Source of the DNA: Clostridiales bacterium
GTDB taxonomy: Bacteria > Bacillota > Clostridia > Caldicoprobacterales > UBA3941
Assembly (NCBI GenBank): GCA_012518075.1
Contig: JAAYTG010000025.1
Coordinates: 1-43,947 of the forward strand
Direction: 5' to 3'
DNA: 43,947 bases
The first letter of the stretch is position 1. The number at the start of each line of letters is the position of its first letter. This document shows positions 17,871-25,678 of the stretch, one piece after another. The translations under genes were made by a program, and so were the position numbers. The notes below the pieces were generated by a model. It did no database searches. It was given only the letters and a program-made list of their open reading frames with translations, and had not been told where the DNA came from.

Positions 17871-19742
17871 TTAATCGCTGGTATTCAAACCAAAATACTC
17901 TATAATACTAAGTGCAGCTCTTTTATTCATTCCATCTACTTGAGATAATTCTTCAAGGCTGGCCTTTCTTATTGTCTCAATGGAACCAAAATGCTTAAGT
18001 AGAGCCCTTCTTCTACTAGGTCCTATGTTAGGGATATCCTCTAGTATTGAACGTATAGTATTTTTACCTCTTAAACTTCGATGATAAGTTATAGCAAACC
18101 TATGAGCTTCATCTCTAATTCGTTGCAATAGTTGAAGGCCTAAACTGTTTTTAGGGATAATCACTGGCTTATCTTTGTCCTCCACATAAATTTCTTCATG
18201 CTTTTCAGCTAGACTTATAGTAGGAATATAATCTATACCCAGCTTTCTCAAAGTGGAAACTGCAGCCTTTAGCTGTCCTTTCCCTCCATCAACCAGTATC
18301 AAGTCTGGCAATCTGGAAAACTTACCCATATCGGCATCCTTGCCCTGAGATTCTAAAGCCATCTTTTCTTTCAATCCTCTTTTAAATCTTCTCTCAATGA
18401 CTTGTGCCATGCTGGCATAATCATTTGGTCCATCTATCCATCTGACTTTGAACCTTCTGTAGTCTTGTTTGCTAGGCTTGCCCTTTTCAAAAACAACCAT
18501 GGATCCTACTGAGTCCGTTCCTTGTATGTTTGAGATATCAAAGGCTTCAATCCTTGTTGGTACATAAGGAAGATCTAGTTGCCTAGCTAATTCCTCGGAA
18601 GCCCCTATTGTTCGAGCTCGCTCTATTACTTTCTTTTGTTTTAAATTCTCCAAAGCCTCCATGGCATTCTTTAGGGCCATATCTACCAGCTTTTTCTTAT
18701 CTCCTCTTCGAGGCACCTTTATATAAACACGAGATCCCTTCTTAGATGTAAGCCATCGTTCAATGATTAGAGCCTCTTCTATATCCTCTTGTAATAGAAT
18801 CTCCTTGGGGATGAAAGAAGATGTCAAGTAAAACTGTTTAATAAAAGAGCCTAATACTTCTTCTACATGAGTTTCGTCCTTAGTGTCCAGCATGAATTGC
18901 TCGCTGCCCGTTAGCTTTCCACTTCTGATAAAAAAGACTTGAACGATACTAGCCTTCACACCTAATCCAATGGCAATAACGTCTTGATCCAACATGTCCA
19001 CGGATATTATCTTCTGCCTTTCCATAACCTTTTCTACAGAATTTATCTTATCCCTTAGGTTTGCAGCCCTTTCAAAGTTTAAATCTTTTGCGGCAGCTTC
19101 CATTTTTTCTTTAAGTTCCATAATCAAATCTTCAAATTTACCATCTAAAAATCTACAGACATCATGTATAACCTTCCTATATTCTTCTTTATCAATATTC
19201 CCCTGGCATGGTCCTTGGCATTGATTGATGTAATAATAAAGACAGGGTCTATCCCCTTTTCTCATGGAATTAAGATTCTTTTTACAGGTCCTAACCGGGA
19301 ACAGCTTCTTTATCACATCAATAGTATCACGAACTAGCTTGGAACTAGCATAGGGTCCATAATAAATATTCTTATCTTTTTCAATTCTGCGAGTTAAGAC
19401 CACCCTTGGAAAATCCTCTTCCATAGTTATCTTTATATAGGGATATTGCTTGTCATCTTTTAATAGTATGTTATACTTAGGCATATGTTTTTTTATTAGA
19501 TTACATTCTAAAATCAAAGCTTCCAATTCGGAATCAGTCATTATTATATCAAAATCTCTAATATTAGAAACCATTGCCCTTACCTTAGCCGAATGGCTTT
19601 TTGATGATTGAAAATATTGGCGAACCCTATTTTTAAGGGATATAGCCTTTCCTACATAGATTATCTTGTTGGCTTCATCCTTCATAAGGTAAACACCAGG
19701 ATTATCAGGTAAGGTTTTTAGCTTCTCTTTTAAGTGGATCAT
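17871..19742 (-). CDS. uvrC: Excinuclease ABC subunit C.
   Basis: 623 aa. GIY-YIG motif (PGVYLMKDEANKIIYVGKA), a UVR domain, an RNase H-like endonuclease domain and a C-terminal HhH pair. Confidence 0.95.
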   Translation of the reverse strand: MIHLKEKLKTLPDNPGVYLMKDEANKIIYVGKAISLKNRVRQYFQSSKSHSAKVRAMVSNIRDFDIIMTDSELEALILECNLIKKHMPKYNILLKDDKQYPYIKITMEEDFPRVVLTRRIEKDKNIYYGPYASSKLVRDTIDVIKKLFPVRTCKKNLNSMRKGDRPCLYYYINQCQGPCQGNIDKEEYRKVIHDVCRFLDGKFEDLIMELKEKMEAAAKDLNFERAANLRDKINSVEKVMERQKIISVDMLDQDVIAIGLGVKASIVQVFFIRSGKLTGSEQFMLDTKDETHVEEVLGSFIKQFYLTSSFIPKEILLQEDIEEALIIERWLTSKKGSRVYIKVPRRGDKKKLVDMALKNAMEALENLKQKKVIERARTIGASEELARQLDLPYVPTRIEAFDISNIQGTDSVGSMVVFEKGKPSKQDYRRFKVRWIDGPNDYASMAQVIERRFKRGLKEKMALESQGKDADMGKFSRLPDLILVDGGKGQLKAAVSTLRKLGIDYIPTISLAEKHEEIYVEDKDKPVIIPKNSLGLQLLQRIRDEAHRFAITYHRSLRGKNTIRSILEDIPNIGPSRRRALLKHFGSIETIRKASLEELSQVDGMNKRAALSIIEYFGLNTSD

Positions 19743-19982
19743 TAATCTTCTACCTTTCTATCGTCATGTTGCGACCTAATTGTACTAACGCACCCTTAAA
19801 CATCTTTCATACATAGCCAACTTTTTAACTGGTGTGCTAGATGAAACCTGTTTTTAATAATAGTACTGAAGAGTGCTCCCTTTTATCAATAATTTTCATT
19901 CTTTATAATATCATTCTTTGTCTAAGGCAAGATCTTACTTTAATAATATATCCAAATATATATATTATGCAAGATAAAAGAC

Positions 19983-20008
19983 AAAAAGAAGTCTAAAAGA
20001 CTTCTTTC
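19983..20008 (-). terminator. Intrinsic terminator after the ECF-S-like gene.
   Basis: The minus strand reads AGAAGTCT-ttt-AGACTTCT followed by TTTTG. Confidence 0.7.
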
Positions 20009-20025
20009 TAATTTCTTGTTTATTA

Positions 20026-20541
20026 TCAATGCTTATATGAACTTAAAGATGGTTTCTTTAATATAGAAAGCCTGGTTAAGGAATGATATACAGTAAGGGT
20101 TAAACCGCTATCTATTAGGTGGTGTAGTGCTGTACCCACAGTAGTTACTATCATAGCCTGATGAAATTCTACACCAAAGGGTAAAAGTACAAGCCCCTCT
20201 AAAATAGCATGGATTGGTGCAGTAATCAGAAGGACTAACCAAAATGGAAAACCCTTTCTATAGCAATGTGCTCCTATCCCACCAAAAATAGAATGAGTCA
20301 AAGCTCTGGCTCCTATCATTGCATTTATCCTTAAGGTAAATCCTAAGGCAGAACCTATTCCAACCATAATAGCTACCCCAGGACTAATAGCCATAGCCAG
20401 CAGGCTAGGTAAGTGAGAAGCAATAGTTGCTGTAAATCCGGGAGGTATTACCACCATTAAAGGGGTCCCCCCAAAAACTATAGGGATCATTATAGCTAAA
20501 CCTGTAAGCATTCCACCAATTACTATTTTTTTTGCGTTCAT
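20026..20541 (-). CDS. Small polytopic membrane protein, probably a substrate-specific (S) component of an ECF-type vitamin transporter. Specificity is unknown.
   Basis: 171 aa with ~5-6 TM helices. It is monocistronic, with its own consensus promoter and terminator. The size and topology fit ECF S components of the NiaX/TrpP/ThiW size class. No motif-level identification was possible. Confidence 0.45.
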   Translation of the reverse strand: MNAKKIVIGGMLTGLAIMIPIVFGGTPLMVVIPPGFTATIASHLPSLLAMAISPGVAIMVGIGSALGFTLRINAMIGARALTHSIFGGIGAHCYRKGFPFWLVLLITAPIHAILEGLVLLPFGVEFHQAMIVTTVGTALHHLIDSGLTLTVYHSLTRLSILKKPSLSSYKH

Positions 20542-20570
20542 AAAAATCTCTCCCCGACAGTATTTATGAA

Positions 20571-20599
20571 ATTATACCGCCGGGGATGTGTAATGTCAA
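20571..20599 (-). promoter_or_regulatory. Consensus sigma-A promoter, TTGACA-17-TATAAT.
   Basis: On the minus strand, TTGACA is at 20594-20599, the spacer is 17 nt, and TATAAT is at 20571-20576. This is ~30 nt upstream of the ATG at 20541. Confidence 0.8.
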
Positions 20600-20624
20600 G
20601 TGTATTTACACCTTTGGTTTCTTA

Positions 20625-22085
20625 TTAGTAGCCTAAATCCAGTGCTTTTTTTAATATTTTTCCGGCTAAAGGTGCTGCCACCTTCCCTCCTGTCTGACCT
20701 GAAGGCAGGTCCTCTATAACTACTGCAACAGCTATATTTGACTTGCTTCCTGGAACAAAGCCTATAAACCAGGCATTATTTCTTATTTCAGAGTCCTTAG
20801 TTTTCACCTCTGCAGTACCAGTCTTACCAGCTACTTGCTTCCCCTTTATAGCTGCAGCCTTTCCAGTACCTTGACTAACAACGTCTTCCATCATGGTCCG
20901 CATGGTTTCAGCATTCTCTTGATTCATGGGCCTGCGATAAACCTTTGGTTTAACACTTTTCTGGCTTTGTCCAGTTCTACCAATTACTTTATAAACTAGC
21001 TTAGGCTCCATCATAACCCCATCATTTGCTATTGCAGAAGCAATCATTGCTATGTGCAGAGGGGTCACTTGTACATCTCCTTGCCCAATAGAGGTTAAAG
21101 CCAGCTTTTCCTCAGAGGTATTTGTCTTTAATGGTAATCGACTGGCAGCCAGTTTCAAATCAGGGAATATAAACTCCTGGTTAAATCCGAAGGCCACGGC
21201 AGTTTTGAGAAGTTTTTCATTCCCTAATTTAGTCCCTATATCGGCAAAACTACCATTACAAGATACAACCATAGCTTTGGTAAGATCAACATGTCCGTGA
21301 GCTTCACCGCCATAACAGGAAATATCCTGTGATCCTATCCTATATGTGCCCTGACAATCAAAGTTGCTGCTAACAACATCTTCCATGTTCTCTAATGCCG
21401 ATGCGGAAACTAATATTTTAAAGATAGAGCCAGGAATGTAAAGCCCTTCTGTAGCCCTACTTACCAATACATCTCCAGTTAAATCCTCTACTAAATTATT
21501 AGGATTAAAGGAAGGGTGACTAACCATAGCAAGTATTTCTCCAGTTTGCCCATCCATGGCTACCACACTGCCCTTGTATTTCCCAAGTAACTCATGGATA
21601 TACTGCTGCAAATCAATATCTATAGTAAGGTGTATAGTATTACCAATTTCCTTGTCTAGAAATATTTTTTGATATATTTTTTCAAAGAATGGATTGTTAT
21701 GGCCCATAAGATATCGTACCTGTAAGGCTTCAACCCCAGATCTCCCATATTTGGCATTATTGTATCCTACTACGTGTGATATACTCTCGGCTTGCTGTCC
21801 TCCCCCTAAATAACTCCTGTAATAATATGTTTGTTCTTGTTTGGTGTCCGGATTTTGCCGTCTCTCCTTGATAGTACTAGCCAGGAGCCTCCCATTTCGA
21901 TCTTTTATATCTCCTGGTACTGTCTTTGGATCCCAAGCATCCATTCGTACTCGAGGATTATATGAGTTGGCAAACCATCTATCACTATAAAAGAATAAGA
22001 TATAGCAGTAATAGGCAGCTAGAAACCCAAAGGCAACTAACAAGACTATAAGTGCTTTCTTAATATTTTGCTCTATGCCCTTCAT
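20625..22085 (-). CDS. Class B penicillin-binding protein (PBP2/PbpA-type D,D-transpeptidase).
   Basis: 486 aa with an N-terminal TM anchor. SIFK (SxxK), SCN (SxN) and KTGT (KTG) motifs. Its start overlaps the RodA/FtsW stop by 1 nt. Confidence 0.9.
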   Translation of the reverse strand: MKGIEQNIKKALIVLLVAFGFLAAYYCYILFFYSDRWFANSYNPRVRMDAWDPKTVPGDIKDRNGRLLASTIKERRQNPDTKQEQTYYYRSYLGGGQQAESISHVVGYNNAKYGRSGVEALQVRYLMGHNNPFFEKIYQKIFLDKEIGNTIHLTIDIDLQQYIHELLGKYKGSVVAMDGQTGEILAMVSHPSFNPNNLVEDLTGDVLVSRATEGLYIPGSIFKILVSASALENMEDVVSSNFDCQGTYRIGSQDISCYGGEAHGHVDLTKAMVVSCNGSFADIGTKLGNEKLLKTAVAFGFNQEFIFPDLKLAASRLPLKTNTSEEKLALTSIGQGDVQVTPLHIAMIASAIANDGVMMEPKLVYKVIGRTGQSQKSVKPKVYRRPMNQENAETMRTMMEDVVSQGTGKAAAIKGKQVAGKTGTAEVKTKDSEIRNNAWFIGFVPGSKSNIAVAVVIEDLPSGQTGGKVAAPLAGKILKKALDLGY

Positions 22086-23497
22086 TATTCATACTCCCCC
22101 TCTAAAAAAGCCTGGTCGCCTTTCTCATGGACGTCATTATCTACATCCTCATAATCTTCAGCACTAATGGCCACACCCTCCAAAACTCCTATTAGGGCCA
22201 GTGAAGCCACCATTGAACTACCTCCATAGCTTACAAAGGGCATTGTAACACCAGTTAAGGGTATCATTTTAATAACTCCCCCGATAATGGTAAAAGCCTG
22301 AAGGGTCAGAGCAACAGTAGCACCAAAAGCAAGCAGTGACTTATATGGATCCGCATTTTTCAAGGCTATGGATACACCCCTAATGACAATCATAGCATAT
22401 AGTCCAATAATGCAAAAACCTGTTATTATCCCAAACTCTTCGCAGATGGTAGCAAATATAAAATCCGTCTTAAAAGCAGGTACTACCTGAGGAGACCCTA
22501 GCCCTAAACCTATCCCTATAAGCCCTCCACTGCTTATGGCTATAAGAGAATGAGCTATCTGATAACCTTTATTTTCAATATCTCTCCAGGGATTTTTCCA
22601 AGCCTCTATTCTTACCCGAATATGGCTAAATATATGGTAGCTAATAATACCTCCTAGTGAAGCCGCGCTCCCGGCTAATAATGTAATAATCCAATCAGAA
22701 GTAGCGACATAATAAACAAATATAAATATATAAAAATATAAGAGTGCCGCTCCCAAATCCTTTTGTAATACAACAAGTAAAACAGCTATTCCAGCAAAAA
22801 CTAAAGCTGGCAAATGTTCCAATAATTTCCTATCTTTTCTGAACCAGCAAGCAAAAACAAAGACTAAGATAATCTTTGTAAATTCTGATGGCTGTAGGCT
22901 ATGTCCCTTAATAGAAATCCAATTCTTTGCACCATAGGTTTCTTTTCCAAAGAGAATAGGCAATAATAGTAAAATACAGGCTAAAGCCATTAGAATATAG
23001 CTTAATTTTTCACCTATTCGTATCCTATGGGTAAAGATAATAAAAAACAAAAACCCAGCATTGCCCAGTAAAAAGTATTTTATTTGGCTTATAGCTAAAT
23101 CAGCATTAAATCTATAAAGCATTATAAAACCAAAGATTGTTAAAGTATCCACTATAATCAGCAGCAACCTATCTATTCTAGGAAAGATTAATCTAAAAAG
23201 ATTATATTGGACAACAAAGCCTAGGCTAATTATTAATCCTAAAATAGCAGTATATTTTTCAAATCCTATTGGATTATTATAAGCTAATAACATGTAAGCC
23301 GAACTAAGAAAAACAGCTAAGAAAAAAATAATATGCCCAAAGGGCCCTTCTTCATTATAGCTTTGTTCTTGTTTGGTTTTGAAAGCTTCCATAAAAATTC
23401 TCAAGGAAATGAATACTATCAGCCCAATAAACCAGTATCGCATGGTCAAAGATATTATTTCAAATTTCTTATTGGACACCTTTTCACAACCTTTCAA
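22085..23497 (-). CDS. SEDS-family peptidoglycan polymerase (RodA/FtsW/SpoVE) with an extended N-terminal membrane region.
   Basis: 470 aa, polytopic. The C-terminal PLTGVTMPFVSYGGSS signature is present. The start is uncertain: the ORF-track TTG at 23497 has no SD, and the in-frame GTG at 23479 has AAAGG upstream. Confidence 0.88.
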   Translation of the reverse strand: MKGCEKVSNKKFEIISLTMRYWFIGLIVFISLRIFMEAFKTKQEQSYNEEGPFGHIIFFLAVFLSSAYMLLAYNNPIGFEKYTAILGLIISLGFVVQYNLFRLIFPRIDRLLLIIVDTLTIFGFIMLYRFNADLAISQIKYFLLGNAGFLFFIIFTHRIRIGEKLSYILMALACILLLLPILFGKETYGAKNWISIKGHSLQPSEFTKIILVFVFACWFRKDRKLLEHLPALVFAGIAVLLVVLQKDLGAALLYFYIFIFVYYVATSDWIITLLAGSAASLGGIISYHIFSHIRVRIEAWKNPWRDIENKGYQIAHSLIAISSGGLIGIGLGLGSPQVVPAFKTDFIFATICEEFGIITGFCIIGLYAMIVIRGVSIALKNADPYKSLLAFGATVALTLQAFTIIGGVIKMIPLTGVTMPFVSYGGSSMVASLALIGVLEGVAISAEDYEDVDNDVHEKGDQAFLEGEYE

Positions 23498-23602
23498 CTC
23501 AATGTTTTTACAATCAACTAAAACAACAGGTGTAATTCTTCGGTAATATTGTTAGTTTGCATCATGGATAGCTCTCTTAATTAGTATCAATTCCTGACTA
23601 AT

Positions 23603-23631
23603 ATTATATCACACTGATGTTGATCTGACAT
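23603..23631 (-). promoter_or_regulatory. Candidate promoter of the SEDS-PBP operon, with an extended -10.
   Basis: On the minus strand, ATGTCA is at 23626-23631, the spacer is 17 nt, and TGaTATAAT follows (-10 at 23603-23608). Confidence 0.5.
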
Positions 23632-23749
23632 TACTTTTGCTTTACCCCAGTAGGTAATCGACTAACCTTCTCTTAAGCTATACACTTCCCACTACTAGGC
23701 GTGTTAGAGATTCTCACGCGTTAGATTTCGCCCATGCGTGGCGCACCGC

Positions 23750-23776
23750 AAAAAAGAGGCACTTCTATAAGTGCCT
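23750..23776 (-). terminator. Orphan intrinsic terminator. No ORF lies upstream of it on this strand.
   Basis: The minus strand reads AGGCACTT-atag-AAGTGCCT-C-TTTTTT: an 8-bp GC-containing stem, a 4-nt loop and a U6 tract. Confidence 0.75.
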
Positions 23777-23870
23777 GATAATTCTGAGTTTTTAATTTTT
23801 CATCAACAAATCTCAGCTAATGTAACAATTGTATTAGCTGAAATTTATGACTATACAAAAATGTAAGCTT
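23750..23870 (-). ncRNA. Candidate ~120-nt small RNA. This is a hypothesis.
   Basis: Possible promoter TTGCCT (23900-23905), 18-nt spacer, TAATAT (23876-23881) on the minus strand. Internal 8-bp hairpin CAGCTAAT/ATTAGCTG (23814-23840). Ends at the terminator at 23750-23776. No ORF longer than 3 codons. Confidence 0.3.
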
Positions 23871-23955
23871 AGTATATATTATCATTGTAGGGTTAACCAA
23901 GGCAAGGAGTTAAATCTGAATTTATACTAAACGGGTTCCAAAACTCCACAATAAA

Positions 23956-23964
23956 TGCTATAAT
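23956..23964 (+). promoter_or_regulatory. Extended -10 (TGcTATAAT) for the orphan receiver gene.
   Basis: Read directly from the sequence. It lies 27 nt upstream of the TTG at 23991 and 51 nt upstream of the ATG at 24015. Confidence 0.5.
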
Positions 23965-24014
23965 TATTCTGAATAAACCTTTATGTTTACTTGTATAGTT
24001 TCACTTGGAAAGGG

Positions 24015-24422
24015 ATGAATATATTGTTATTAAAAGTTCTAATGGTAGACAGCAGCTACAATGCCCGGAGGGATCTAGACAGTAAGATAGAATGGATAGA
24101 AAATGATTTCGAATTAGTGGGTGAAGCCAATAATGGTGAGGAAGCTCTATCTCTTCTACCCCATGTATCCCCTCACGTAATATTTACAGAGATTAGGATG
24201 CCTAAAATGGACGGGATCACCTTTATTGAAACAGCTAAAAGGCGGTGGCCCAATATTAAATATGTAATAGTTAGCAATTACGATAATTTTGATTATCTAA
24301 GGCAAGCAATGAAAGTTGGGGCCTATGACTATATTCTGAAACCCGTTAAGATAGATGAAATAAACCAGGTGTTATTACGAGCTAAGATTGAAATCGAAAC
24401 CGGTGTTCGTAAATTTTTCTAA
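24015..24422 (+). CDS. Stand-alone response-regulator receiver (REC) domain of the YesN/AraC-RR type. It has no output domain, and the phospho-acceptor Asp is replaced by Glu.
   Basis: The ORF track gives 23991-24422 (TTG start). I prefer the in-frame ATG at 24015. The alignment to the usual KVLIVDDE...DIRMPGMDG...LSGYDEFEYA...LLKP pattern reads KVLMVDSS...TEIRMPKMDG...VSNYDNFDYL...ILKP. Confidence 0.8.
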   Translation: MNILLLKVLMVDSSYNARRDLDSKIEWIENDFELVGEANNGEEALSLLPHVSPHVIFTEIRMPKMDGITFIETAKRRWPNIKYVIVSNYDNFDYLRQAMKVGAYDYILKPVKIDEINQVLLRAKIEIETGVRKFF

Positions 24423-24425
24423 AGT

Positions 24426-24468
24426 AAAAGCTGTGGGACATGGAAATATGCAGTCCGACAGCTTTTTT
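24426..24468. terminator. Bidirectional intrinsic terminator between the receiver gene and cdaR.
   Basis: AAAAGCTGTgGGAC ... GTCCgACAGCTTTT with a T-run on the plus strand and a TTTT-containing tail on the minus strand. Confidence 0.8.
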
Positions 24469-24469
24469 G

Positions 24470-25678
24470 TTAATCTACAACTACTTCTAATTGTTTTGGC
24501 TCTATATCTAATACTTCCAACCCTGCCGGCAAGTCTTCTACCATTAGAGGGTAGGTTCTTGCACCCCTAGATGTATTTTCTAAATCCATATACACCTTCA
24601 AGTCTTCGGGTTTAAAAGCATTCACTAAGCTTTGAGGTCCTCTCACTGTTAGAGTCATGACTTCTTCATTTTCATTGAGGTTAGCTTCTAGGTCATCGGG
24701 CAAGTTTCGTAATTCTATGTCACTAATACTGATAGGTCTATCGATTATCCTCTCAATCCTCACCAACACCTGAACCAAGGAGGATTGACCCGGACTTAAT
24801 CTAATATCCTCTTTGTCTTGCAGTTTTAGTTCTCTGACCACATTATCCGTAGCTCCTTCTATATCCAATATCTCTGTAGACAGAGCGTCAATTGCTTCCA
24901 GTACCTCTGGTTCCCCACTTATAGTAACCTCTCCAGGTTTTACTTCTTCTCCCATGACTACAAAACCCTCGGCAGGCTCTCCAGTTATTATAGGGTCTAC
25001 ACTAACATTTTTATTGGGATAGACGGTTACAATGCAGTATTCTGGAAGAATGGTAATGAAATCTGAATCTAAGATTTCATCATTATCATCTAGAAGTTGA
25101 ACCATTAATGAGCGTTCTATTTTTTTGTCCTTGTCTCCCATAGATATAGAGATCTGGGCATAGGCAGCGGTGTGAATTAAGGATTCAGGACCCCTCACCT
25201 CAATAAACCTAGGATTGATTTCATAAAGCCGCTTACCCAATTCCAGGTTGTCCTTATCAGCTGCCTTCGGAAGAACTGGAACTGTTTTAGAAAGTCTTCG
25301 CTCTACATTGATCTTTATATTAGGTACCGATTTTCTTTCAATATTACCAGGCAAACCCTGTATTTCAACATCAATACTCTGCTCACCTGTCTTATTTACG
25401 TCTGATAAATCAACTACAGCTACAATTTTGCTCTTGTCCACATATTGAATAGCGCTTCCTTTAGCCCGAATATCAAAGCTGTAGGTATCAGGTAGTTCTG
25501 ATGATATCATTAACCCATTTTCTGATAGTTTTTGCTGATTCTCTATCCTAATAGGGATCTCTCTAAAACTCATATCCCTAACAGGATCCCGGTTACTTGG
25601 AGTCATACCCCATAATATAAGGGCAATTATTATGGATATAACTTTTAAGGTTGTATTTCTCTCAAAAAATCTAGTCAT
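24470..25678 (-). CDS. cdaR: YbbR-domain protein CdaR (regulator of the diadenylate cyclase CdaA).
   Basis: 402 aa with an N-terminal TM helix and repeated YbbR-like beta-rich modules. Its start overlaps the cdaA 3' end by 8 nt. Confidence 0.85.
   Translation of the reverse strand: MTRFFERNTTLKVISIIIALILWGMTPSNRDPVRDMSFREIPIRIENQQKLSENGLMISSELPDTYSFDIRAKGSAIQYVDKSKIVAVVDLSDVNKTGEQSIDVEIQGLPGNIERKSVPNIKINVERRLSKTVPVLPKAADKDNLELGKRLYEINPRFIEVRGPESLIHTAAYAQISISMGDKDKKIERSLMVQLLDDNDEILDSDFITILPEYCIVTVYPNKNVSVDPIITGEPAEGFVVMGEEVKPGEVTISGEPEVLEAIDALSTEILDIEGATDNVVRELKLQDKEDIRLSPGQSSLVQVLVRIERIIDRPISISDIELRNLPDDLEANLNENEEVMTLTVRGPQSLVNAFKPEDLKVYMDLENTSRGARTYPLMVEDLPAGLEVLDIEPKQLEVVVD

Noticed and set aside
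19743-19985. LexA (Cheo) box upstream of uvrC.
   Set aside because: The best candidate, GAAACCTGTTTT, mismatches the CGAAC-N4-GTTCG consensus at three core positions.
20542-20624. Riboswitch or T-box upstream of the ECF-S-like transporter gene.
   Set aside because: The consensus promoter leaves only ~25-30 nt of 5' UTR, too short for any known aptamer or T-box. A protein operator is more likely.
23645-23749. tRNA, tmRNA, SRP, RNase P or 6S identity for the GC-rich island.
   Set aside because: I could not build an acceptor/T-arm cloverleaf (no GTTCGAATC-like T-loop). None of the signature boxes I know for those RNAs is present, and the island is too short for most of them. It is kept as an unexplained finding instead.
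24388-24570. 60-aa plus-strand ORF spanning the end of the receiver gene and the start of cdaR.
   Set aside because: It runs through the bidirectional terminator hairpin and into the antisense of cdaR, so it is not plausible as a gene.
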